Source of the DNA: the human T2T-CHM13v2.0 reference genome, Homo sapiens
Length of the DNA stretch: 64,000 bases
Strand: one strand, 5' to 3'
Assembly (NCBI RefSeq): GCF_009914755.1
Contig: NC_060925.1
Shown here in pieces: positions 50,001-64,000 of the stretch (position 1 is its first letter; every line of letters starts with the position of its first letter). The notes under the pieces are model-generated. The model was not told the DNA's origin and ran no database searches. It saw only the letters and a program-made list of their open reading frames with translations. A program made the position numbers and the translations under genes.

Positions 50001-51451
50001 CAGTTTTAGCTTTAGGTTTAATTGGTTCGACTGCCTTCTCCACAATTTGGGCGAGAATTTCCTTTGCCTTCTCAGCAAAAGTTGTTCTGCGGACCCGTCT
50101 GGGTCAACTTTCATGAGGGACATTGAGACAAACAAATGAAATATGGGTTAAAGGTAAGATGGTTAAACCGTGTGAAATGAGAGACAGTTGAGGGGTTCTA
50201 GGGAAGATGATCCCGGAAAAGGACTGCAGGCCCATGGAAACGCAGTGTGCTTCTCCAATATTTGGAGGGCTGATCAGTGAAAGAAGGATCAGACCCTTTT
50301 TCTTAGCAGCAGAGAACAGAACTAGGACTAATAAGTGAAAGGTAAAGGGAGGCTGCTTTCAAGTCACAGCAAGAAAGAATTTTGTCCACAAATGAGGATG
50401 CACAAATATAGCATAGGCTCCCCCAGGAATCACTGAGTTTCCTCTGTGTAGGTGAACAGTTTGAGTAGAATCGGAGTATCGGAGAGGAAATTAAAGGGTC
50501 TGGTAAGAGTTTGAGGCCGGGCGCGGTGGCTCATGCCTGTAATCCCAGCCCTTTGGGAGGCCGAGGCAGGCGGAAAGTTTGAGCTCAGGAGTTCGAAACC
50601 AGCCTAGTCAACATGATGAAACCCCGTCCCTACAAAATAAAAATAAAAAAAAATAAGCTGGGGTGATGATGCATGCCTCTAGTCCCAGCTACTCGGGAGG
50701 ATGAGGTGGGAGGATCACCTGAGCCCAGGGAGGTCGAGGCTGCAGTGAGCTGTGATCACCCTACTGCACTCCAGCCTGGGCGACAGAATGAGACCCTGTC
50801 AAAAAAAAATTTTGTACATGGATTCCTTAAAATGCTACAAATAGTTGATTCTATGTTGTCTTCTGCATAAAACAATATGCAGTAGTTAAGGACTTGCAAG
50901 AAAAGTTCCTTCTGCTGCTCTCTCTTGTCATTAGTTCTTGAGTCCTCACTCAAGCTTGTGCTCTAACTCTACAGGCAGGGCTAACATAAATTATGCGTAG
51001 TCCAGGAGACCACACACAAAATAACATACATAATCATTACTTTCTTGTCTAGAGGCTTAGTCTGGCTACTTTTCTCCCATTGGCTTGAGGTGTAAATTCA
51101 CCAAAACCAGCCCAGAAATGATTTTACATGGAAAAAAGTTTATGTTCTCCCGAAAATGAGGAAGAGCTTTCAGATTTTCCTCGAAGTTCTCAAACACCTC
51201 TAAGGAGCAGTAGGAAACGTGCCCTACCTATGCTTTTTCTTTCCCATGCTGCAATTCTGACAGAAAATGTGTTGGAGAGAAGAGATAAAAAAAATCAACT
51301 AGATCACATCCAATAGCATAAACAAGAAGGAAGGAGGGAAGGTTGCCGTGGCAGGCATCTGTAGTCCCAGCTACTCCAGAGGCTGAGGCAGGAAGATCGC
51401 TGAGCTCAAAAGTTCAATTCCATCCTGGGCAACATAGCAAGACCATGTCTC

Positions 51452-51482
<31 letters not shown>

Positions 51483-52240
51483 GACAAATATGAAAACATA
51501 AAGCATGCAAAGACTTTTCTAGATTTCAATCTATAAGAAAACATGTCCTAAGAAAAACATGTTCTTACAATTACTTTGTGCTACAGAGCAACTTAATATG
51601 GTGATGAATTATGTTGTTTTTAAAGTTGCAAACTGTCATTTAAGGAATATTATTTCCATGAACGCTTCCTGTGCAATCTATTAAAGAACAAACTTCACAT
51701 AGCCAAACAGTTGAAGAGACCTCATCATAAATAGACTATCCTATATCACAGCTAACGAGAATAAAAAAGGAATGTGGCATGAAAGCATAAAAATAAAAAC
51801 ATCTCAGATAATAATATAGAGAAAACCAAAATACATGGGCTAGAATTCCACCCCAGGGACTGTATCCTCAAAGACACAGGTTTTTCTTCCTTTTTCTTTT
51901 TTTTTTCTTTTCATGTTTCAGTACTCTGAGCAGCTACAAAAAGAAGACCAGTCTATCCTGCTGGAGACAGTGGCCACGTGAAGAAAGAGCTCTTGCAGTA
52001 TGAAAGACCACATGGAAAGAGAGGCCACATGGAACCAACAGTCAGCATCTTGGTTTCGGACACGTGAAGAAATTCATCTCAGACTGTGTATCCTAAATCA
52101 GGCACTTGCTGAATCTAACTACATGAGTGAGACCAGTTGACAACACATGGAGCAGACATGAGCTGTTCTCAGTGAGTCCTACACAAATTCCTGACTCACA
52201 ACACTGTGAGCAATAAAATGGTTGTTATTTTAAGCCACTG
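49720..52240 (+). ncRNA. TAF1A-AS1: Divergent lncRNA (TAF1A-AS1-like): exon 1 about 49720-50153, exon 2 51922 to about 52240
   Basis: AAG|gtaaga donor at 50154; 30-nt pyrimidine tract then cag acceptor at 51921; AATAAA at 52212-52217. Name recalled from the locus, exon structure inferred. Confidence 0.6.
50515..50808 (+). mobile_element. Alu (J-like)
   Basis: Dimeric Alu; a further right-arm monomer with a long A tail lies at 51340-51478. Confidence 0.88.
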
Positions 52241-52285
52241 AAGTTTGCAGTGATTTCTTACATAGGAATAGATAAATGAAACACA
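51940..52285 (+). mobile_element. MaLR (MLT1) LTR 3' portion
   Basis: actgtgagcaataaaatggttgttattttaagccact..agtttg...atagataa is a typical MLT1 LTR end. Confidence 0.75.
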
Positions 52286-52339
52286 AACATTGATCATTTG
52301 CATCTTCTATCTTTTTTATGACTAGTCTTATTGGAAATT

Positions 52340-55995
<3,656 letters not shown>

Positions 55996-56003
55996 GTACT
56001 AAC

Positions 56004-56135
56004 TTCCTTATACACTTTTCCATCATTTGTGATGGAGACACTCATTAAACAGGGCAAATTATAGAGAAACTCTGTAGTGTCTCTTTTAATGTCCATGGAA
56101 ACCAAAATCAGGTGAAGGAGTAAACCAACATGGGT
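56004..56135 (-). pseudogene. Candidate downstream exon remnant of decayed gene (132 nt)
   Basis: ttatttttcatag acceptor, GAA|gttagt donor, phase-0 frame open (THVGLLLHLILVSMDIKRDTTEFLYNLPCLMSVSITNDGKVYKE). No domain recognised. Confidence 0.3.
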
Positions 56136-56494
56136 CTATGAAAAATAAGCTGGCCAAAATTTGTGAGGTAATGTGACTTAAATGATCATATGTTTTACCA
56201 ATAGTTTTATGAGCATGAAATCCACAATAACTAGAAAAATAAACGTTAATAGATGGACTCAAAACTTTTTACTGCAATTCAATATACAGTCTTTTATGAT
56301 ACTTTAATATATTAGATGATAGTTCTGAAATTATTATAAAATACTAGTGAACATAACAGATTAAAGCATTCTTTCCAACTATTTTGAAAACCATTGTCAT
56401 TTTCTACAACCCAAAGATTAGATACACCTTAAAATGCCCTAGAAAAGACATTTCTTAAACCTCAACAAAATGAACTTCATTCGTTGTTTTTCAC

Positions 56495-56592
56495 CTTTGA
56501 CGTGACACCGTGCCAAGATTTCTAGCCCTGTATGGAGGAGACGTTGGTCCCAACAATTAGCAGCTCCTTGATCCCATTTCATACAACCCATT
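56495..56592 (-). pseudogene. Candidate downstream exon remnant of decayed gene (98 nt)
   Basis: ttttttctttttttattgctag acceptor, AAG|gtgaa donor, higher GC than the surrounding AT-rich DNA. Reading frame ambiguous. Confidence 0.35.
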
Positions 56593-56654
56593 CTAGCAAT
56601 AAAAAAAGAAAAAATGCACATGTATTCTGCTGACATTTCATTTACAATCTATAT

Positions 56655-56872
56655 CAGGAGTCAGCAAACATTTTCTGTAGATACAGAGAATAAATATTTT
56701 AGATTTACCTGTCATACAGTCTTTGTCATAACCACTCTGCTGTTATATAGCATTAAAATAACCACAGACAATATGTAAATGAATGAGCATGTCTGTGTTC
56801 TATTGAAACTTTGTTTACAAAAACAGATGTGAGGCTGGATTTAGCTCGTGGGCCATAGTTTGCTAACCATTG
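56655..56872 (+). mobile_element. MER58A-like element
   Basis: caggagtcagcaaac...ggatttagctcgtgggccatagtttgct. Confidence 0.8.
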
Positions 56873-56934
56873 CTCTGGAGTACCTATAAATGTTTATGCT
56901 CACAATAGAGCATAAACATTTGGTTGTGCTATAT

Positions 56935-57178
56935 ATCTAAATATGTATATATATACATATATACATAAATATAATTTTAAAGATACATAGCCATATTGGT
57001 GGTGATTTTTGTGTCCAAAAAGAGATTCACTAAAAAAATTACTGATGTCATCATGCATCTCCATCATTATGACAGTCATTAACTCTACATTGCTTCTTCT
57101 GCAATCTCTAACATACAATTAGTAGATGTCAATGCTAGAAGTGAGTTTGCTGTTCTGTAGTGAAGGGCACTGATTATA
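56935..57178 (-). pseudogene. RGS-like repeat 4, C-terminal part (decayed)
   Basis: YNQCPSLQNSKLTSSIDIY*LYVRDCRRSNVELMTVIMMEMHDDISNFFSESLF, then a frameshift to DTKITTNMAMYL*NYIY...TYLD. Matches RGS IY..Y/F.......V.L...........LF spacing. Confidence 0.6.
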
Positions 57179-57499
57179 ATGGGGTAAATGAGATCAACCA
57201 TCATGAATTGATACATATTTATTTAATTTCAATTTCAATTGTCATTCTAATGACTATGTACTACGTCTCAACCTATATTCCCTAGGTCCTAATTGAGAAA
57301 CATGTGCTTTAATTAAAGAAAAAGTCCTTCACATCCATTCCAAATAGGTCAAATTGTATCCATGGTTCAACTATTAATGCACACACACACACTAACAATA
57401 GAACTCATTAAGATGTAAATTCGAGGTAAGATAGTGCAGAAGAGGGAATAAATGTGGGAATATGGAAGTAGAACAATATAAGACCCCTTTTGTGTTCTT

Positions 57500-57970
57500 T
57501 TTTTAACTTTTATTTTCGTTTCAGTGGGTACATGCGCAGGTTTGTTATATAGGTAAATTGTGTGTCCCAGAGGTTTGGTGCACAGATTATTTCAACACCC
57601 AACTAATAAATAAGCATAGTACCTGATAGGTAATTTTTCAATCCTCATTCTACTTCCACCCTCCACCCTCAAGTAGCCCCTGGTGTTCTTAATTTGTGCC
57701 CATGTGTACTCAATGTTTAGCTGCCATTTATGAGTGAGAACATACAGTAATTGGTTTTCTGTTTCTGCATTAGTTAGCTTAGGGTAATGGCCTCCAGCTC
57801 TATCCATGTTGCTGCAAAGAACATGATCTCATTCTTTCTTATGGCTGCATAGTATTCCGTGGTCTTCCATGGTATTCCATTTTCTTATCCACCCTACCAT
57901 TGTATAAGTATTCCCTTTTCTCTGCGACCTCACCAGCATCTTTTATTTTTTGACTTTTTAATAATAGATA
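57500..57970 (-). mobile_element. L1PA/L1PB-like 3' end
   Basis: gggtacatgcgcaggtttgttatataggtaaa...atgagtgagaacat...ttgctgcaaagaacatgatctcattc. Confidence 0.85.
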
Positions 57971-58007
57971 GGATCCCTTTTGGAGGTCAGGAAATATAAA
58001 TTCAGAA

Positions 58008-58175
58008 GTGTGAGACATCCTTTAAGGTGATGTTAGCTTTAAATGAAAAAAAAATTGTGAAGCAAAGTCACTTGAATCTAGAAAGACTTTTGTGTGAGAC
58101 ATCCTTTAAGGTGATGTTAGCTTTAAATGAAAAAAAAATTGTGAAGCAAAGTCACTTGAATCTAGAAAGACTTTT
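58008..58175. repeat. Perfect tandem duplication, 2 x 84 bp
   Basis: 58008-58091 is identical to 58092-58175. Confidence 0.97.
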
Positions 58176-58754
58176 GAGTTTCTTTGGGTTTTATTGTTTT
58201 TGTTTTTACATTGATGTTATAATCTTTTCCTTTTTGCTGGTAAAAGAAACTACAGAAAACAGAATATTTACAACCACAGGTGCTTTGTTAACTGATCAAA
58301 TTTTAAGAAAAGTCTCAAGCAGTGCATCTCATACTGGGAGGGTGGTATCATTCCCACCAAGGGGGGTTTGGAAATGCATGGGAGCAATTTTTATTTTGCT
58401 ACCATGACTAGGGATGCTACGAAAAGTTCATGGCCAGGGCATGGATGTTACACATTTGCACAAATAACATGCTCTGGTCCTTTACCTAACTGTAACTGTG
58501 TTTTCCTACAGTTCTGTCTAAAGGGATAAGGGCTTTCCTGAAGTCACATTATTTTCTTATCCATTTAAATGCAATGTTTAATTATTTTATGTGTCATGAA
58601 TAGTAAATGTATTCAAGATAATTATGAGAAGCGATAAAAGCATGACTAGTATAGGAGCTTAATGATGGCTTCTAGCTTATACTTTTTAATGGAAGACTTC
58701 ACATTCATCTGAAATGATGATAAAATCCTCAGATGTCCCAAAAAATATCTCAAC

Positions 58755-58884
58755 CTCTGATTGCAAACCAAAAACTAAGGTTTTTCAGATAGCCATCATC
58801 ATTCTTTCTCTCTTCTGCAGAAGTTCCAAGAGAGCTTGGCCAGAAATATTTTAAATACTAAATGCAAGTTGAAGCTTTGCTTTT
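58755..58884 (-). pseudogene. RGS-like repeat 4, N-terminal part (decayed exon)
   Basis: tttttaaag acceptor. With frameshifts: KQSFNLHLVF / NISGQALLELLQKRE / DDGYLKNLSFWFAI; the last matches the RGS E-N-L-x-F-W-L-A hallmark. Confidence 0.65.
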
Positions 58885-58964
58885 CTTTAAAAATAGTGTA
58901 TAGAAAATAATGTACAAATATGTAGTGTGAATCTGGTGTTAATTTCCAATCCCTAGTTTCTAGA

Positions 58965-59239
58965 GCTGTGGCTGTCTTTAAATGTGCCTAGTCGGCATTG
59001 AAATGTGCAGTAAATGTAAAATACACTTCAGATTTCGAAGACTCCATGTGAAATAAAGACTAAAAGATCTCATAATTTTTATATTGATAATGAGTTGAAA
59101 TGATAATTTGCATAGATTTGGTTAAATAGAACATATTATTAAAGTTAAGATCACCTATTTTGTTTTACTTTTTTAAATGTGACTTCTAGAAAATTCAAAT
59201 TGCATATGTAGCTAACACATTTCTATTGGACAGCATTGT
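58965..59239 (-). mobile_element. MER33-like hAT-Charlie element
   Basis: aaatgtaaaatacac...gatttcgaagact...catttctattggacagcattg. Confidence 0.8.
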
Positions 59240-59319
59240 ACTAGGGAATCAGTGAGAAATAAGCGAAAGCAGGTCATGTTTAGATGCTGTATTTAATCAT
59301 TCTGGTTGGATGTCATTCA

Positions 59320-60507
59320 CTGATCCTCTTATGTATTCCACACCATTTCACATTCCGCATGGATTTAGATAGCAGTGAACTTCCATACCAATTACAGAGT
59401 ACTCTTATTTTTTCTGTGTCAGTTGATCAGTATCCACACTTGAGTATAGCTTTCATAATGGTACTTATGTTCCTGTTTCTAATTTTATCCTACATGTATC
59501 AATTAAAACGCTGAAGATTCAGGAGGTTTGTCTCAATGTATGATCTATAACAAATCAGCTGTGATTGTATGATATTCTCAGAAATCTATTTTCTCCTTCT
59601 CAGTTCTCAGTGTCTCCTCTAGAATGCAGTTTCAATCTTCCAACCACAGCTTGGGAGGCTGTTCCAGCCTTGCTGACTTTTAGTAAGAAGAAAACAGTTT
59701 CCAGTGAAGGTACTATCTAAAAATGTCTCCTTTGTGTAGAAGTGGTTTGCCATCAAACAATTCTTCTTGCATCATCAAACATCTCTTGACTGTAGCAGCT
59801 TGCAATTTTGCTATGTAATTATTTATATAACATAAGTGGACAATCTTTTTATATAGTATCTGATTGCCTTCTCAAAGAAACACTATAAAGTTTTGACTTT
59901 AGCCCCAATTTTCTAGAAGAGAGATCTGAGACTCAGAAAAGCTAATGGCTTGCCTATAGTCACACAATTAGACTTCTGATTCCTAGCCAATGCTTTTGAC
60001 TCTATTCCCTGCCTCCACTGTTGCCCTGGTAGGGAAGTAATTTATATCTGAAAATTACATGGAAAAGCCAAACTGTGGAAATTGAGTTGTACAGGCCACA
60101 CCCTGGAATCTGTTGTACATTTGTTTCAAAGCACCAAATATTTGACTTCTGTGGAAATGGTGCCAAGGTAAATTAGGTGGAACCGGAAACAGGAACTTGC
60201 ATATATGTCTGTATATTAGTAGCAATTTGAAATGTTTGAGTTTCTTTCTTTGTACAATAGAAATTGGAATAATATTTGCCATGACTAGACAAATAGTACA
60301 GGCTGAAAGACCTTATATTATAGATGACTCATTCCCAATAGATCATACCCTTTGACATGACTTTTTAGTTGTTGGGAGGGATTTTTCCCTATTAACCATG
60401 CCCAACACAAACTTCTGTTCTTACTGGCTTTCAGAACAAGATACTTGCATAAATTTCCCTGCAGTTATATGCTCCCTTTACTTAAAATCTGATAGCTTTC
60501 TGTATTT
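59320..60507 (-). pseudogene. Long decayed exon encoding RGS-like repeats 1 (partial), 2 and 3
   Basis: Repeat 1 (60507-60251): KYRKLSDFK*REHI / REIY / KYLVLKAS...YDLL...HL*YKVFQ / YYSNFYCT. Repeat 2 (60172-59712): FTL...IWCFE...VWL...RYKLLP...FL*EGN...LHSKIASCYSQEMFDDARRIV / LMANHFY...FLDS. Repeat 3 (59625-59349): ILEETLRTEKEKIDF*EY...RNRNISTIMKAILKCG...NWYGSSLLSKSMRNV. Confidence 0.62.
59899..60001 (+). mobile_element. MIR fragment inserted in RGS-like repeat 2
   Basis: ccccaattttctagaagagagatctgagactcagaaaagctaatggcttgcctatagtcacaca matches the MIR core; flanked by ttttgact direct repeats. Confidence 0.75.
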
Positions 60508-60514
60508 TATTCTA

Positions 60515-61510
<996 letters not shown>

Positions 61511-61629
61511 TGTTTTTATTTTTACTAAGACCTTTACCAGGATTTACTTGGTTTGTAACTCTTAAGTTACCTTTAAGGATAGTTGAATTTTATCTCTTTC
61601 TGTCTAACTTAAAAATTTTCACTACATAA

Positions 61630-64000
61630 GTTTTTTTGACAAGTCTACTTCAGTATAAAGGATATTTAAGTATTTAAATTGTACAGTTTTGAGTTTTGAC
61701 ACATGCATATACACCTGAAGCCATCACCATGATCAAGACGGGGAGGACACCCAAATTTCTTTGTGTCCATCTCTTCCTTATCTTGCCTCCTTGCCCCTTC
61801 ACCAGGCAGCAACTGACCTGTGTTCTGTCATTATAAATTAGTTTGAATTTTCTAGTATTCTACATAAATGGAATTATGTAGGATGTATTGTTTTTGTCTG
61901 GTTTATTTCACTCAACCTCCCTATTGCTAGTATTGATTGTTCCTTATTATTGCCCAGTAGTGTTCTAAAATTTATGATCTATTTACTTGATGATGGGCAT
62001 CTGGGGTTCTTAACTATTACAAATGGAGCTACTATGAACATTTGTGTGTACAAGTCTTAGTGTGGACAAATACTTTTATTTCTCTGGAATAAATACCAAG
62101 GGGTGGAAAGACTGGGTTCGTATGATAGATGTGGTTTCACTTTTAAAGAAAATGCCAAACTGATTGTACCATTTAAATTCTAGCTAGCAATGTTATATCA
62201 ATTGCCCTTATGCTTGTCAATCTTTGTTATGATCAGCCTTTCCAATTTTAGCCATTCTAGTGGATGTGTAATAATAATATTGTGGCTTTGATTTGCATTT
62301 CACTAATGGCTAATGATTTTGAGTGTCTTTTCATGTATATGTTTGCCATATGCAGATCTACTTTGGCGAAATGTCTGTTCAAATCTTTTGCCAATTTTCC
62401 CCAATTGGATTGTTCTCTTTTCTTTTTCCTTTTTTTTTTTTTTTTGAGACAGAGTTTCGCTCTGTCGCCCAGGCTGGAGTGCAGTGGCCCGATCTCGGCT
62501 CACTGCAAGCTCCGCCTCCCAGGTTCATGCCATTCCATTCTCCTGCCTCAGCCTCCCGAGTAGCTGGGACTACAGGCACCTGCTACCATGCCAGGCTAAT
62601 TTTTTGTATTTTTTAGTAGAGACGGGGTTTCACCGTGTTAGCCAGGATGGTCTCGATCTCCTGACCTCGTGATCCACCCGCCTCAGCCTCCCAAAGCGCT
62701 GGGATTACAGGCGTGAGCCACCGCGCCCTGCCTGGATTGTTTTCTTATTGATAAGTTGTAAGAATTATTTATATGCTGTAAATACCATTCTTTTTTTGAG
62801 TAGATGTTTTGCAAATACTTTCTCCTAGTCTATGGCTTACCTTTCCATTTTCATAACAGTGAATGTAGAGACAGCAAAAGTTTTTTGTTGTTGTTTCAGA
62901 CAGGGTCTCCTTCTGTTGCCCAGGCTGGAGTGCAGTGGCACAACCATGGCTCACTGCAGCCTCAACCTCCCAGGCCCTAGTGATCCTCCTACCTCAGCCT
63001 CCTGAGTAGCTGGGAGCACAGGTATGTGCCACCATGCCCAGCTAACTTTTTAAATTTGGGGGGAAGAGTTGGGGGGTGGGGTCTCTCTGTGTTGCCAGGA
63101 CTGATCTCAAACTCCTGGGCTCAAGCAATCTTCCTATCTTGGCCTCCCAAAGAGTGAGATTACAGGTGTGAGCCACCATGCCCAGCCAAAAGTGTTTAGT
63201 TTTATTAAGCCCAATAGATTAATTTACTTCTTTTAGAGATTGTGCTTTTTTGTATGTATTTTAAAATCTTTGCCTATGTTTTATTCTAGAAGTTTTATAC
63301 CTTTAGTTCTGACATTTAGGTCTATGATCTATTTTGAGTTAATTTTTTATATCATATGTGGCAAGGATTGAAGTTATTTATTTTTTAGTTATGGCTATGC
63401 AATTGTTTCAGCACCATTTATTATAAAGATTACCTTTCTCCAGTTGAATTCTCTTGCCATGTTTGTTGAAAATCAGTTGTCTATATATGTGTGGGTCAAT
63501 TTTTACACCCTCAATTCTGTTCTATTGACCTGTATGTCTGTGTTTACAACAATACCACATTGTTCTAATTAATATAACTTAATAATAAATCTTGGTAAAG
63601 GCAATGTAACTCCTCCAACTTTGTTGTTCTTTTCAAAGATATTTTGGCTATTCTCTGTCCTTATTATATGATTTCCATGTAAATCTTAAAATTAGCTTGT
63701 CAATTTCTACAAAGAAGCCTGCTGAATTTTGATTGGGCTTGTATTAAATCCATCAAGTAATTAGGGGAAAATGGACATCATTACACATTTAAGTCTTCTA
63801 GTCTGTGAAGATGGCATAGCTTTCCATTTAATTATTCCTTACTTTTTATCAGCAATGATTTGTGTTCTTCAGTGCTCAGTTTTTCACATCTGTTGTCAGA
63901 TTTATTCCAAAGTATATCATTTTTTGATGCTGTTACAAATAGCATTACTCTTAATTTCAAGTCATAATTGTTTATTGTGTGTAATAACACAATTAATTTT
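61630..64000 (-). mobile_element. Old L1 (L1M) with AluY (-, 62425-62733) and AluJ (-, 62880-63187)
   Basis: Reverse L1 3' UTR/ORF2 motifs; AluY diagnostics gtgttagccaggatggtctcgatc; TSD ggattgtt(c/t)tctt. Confidence 0.85.

Noticed and set aside
58027-58407. 126-aa ORF with repeated peptide
   Set aside because: By-product of the 84-bp (28-codon) DNA duplication.
59755-59790. EMFDDARRIV resembling TAF1[11 protein letters not shown] (possible TAF1A duplicate)
   Set aside because: Flanks do not match TAF1A; they fit RGS helix 7-8 spacing better.
59899-59925. Apparent acceptor tctcttctag followed by KLGL at the start of the second half of RGS repeat 2
   Set aside because: Lies within the MIR insertion, so it is not original gene sequence.
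60055-60282. 75-aa ORF MANIIPISIVQRKK...
   Set aside because: Largely an alternative frame of the fossil exon; the RGS-like pattern is mainly in a neighbouring frame.

Overview
Primate (almost certainly human) genomic DNA from the 1q41 HHIPL2-TAF1A-(MIA3) neighbourhood, identified from the translated exons. Minus strand: HHIPL2 exons 1-3 and the start of exon 4 (1-7810), and the complete TAF1A gene (non-coding exon 1 at about 49.5 kb, ten coding exons 48309->18406; the spliced CDS sums to 1353 nt = 450 aa + stop). A CpG-rich bidirectional promoter at 49.4-50.0 kb (three tandem ETS motifs, CCAAT boxes, NRF1-like site) plausibly drives a divergent two-exon lncRNA (TAF1A-AS1-like) ending in a MaLR LTR poly(A) signal. 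Much of the rest is Alu, L1, L2/MIR, MaLR and DNA-transposon remnants. The main unexpected signal is at about 56.0-60.5 kb. Hand translation of the minus strand across stops and frameshifts shows what looks like a heavily decayed multi-exon gene with four tandem RGS (regulator of G-protein signalling)-like domains, including a 'KNLSFWFAI' hallmark motif. It is interrupted by a MIR and bounded by an L2, so it is a candidate ancient unitary pseudogene. All alignments and repeat subfamily calls are by eye, and repeat boundaries are approximate.
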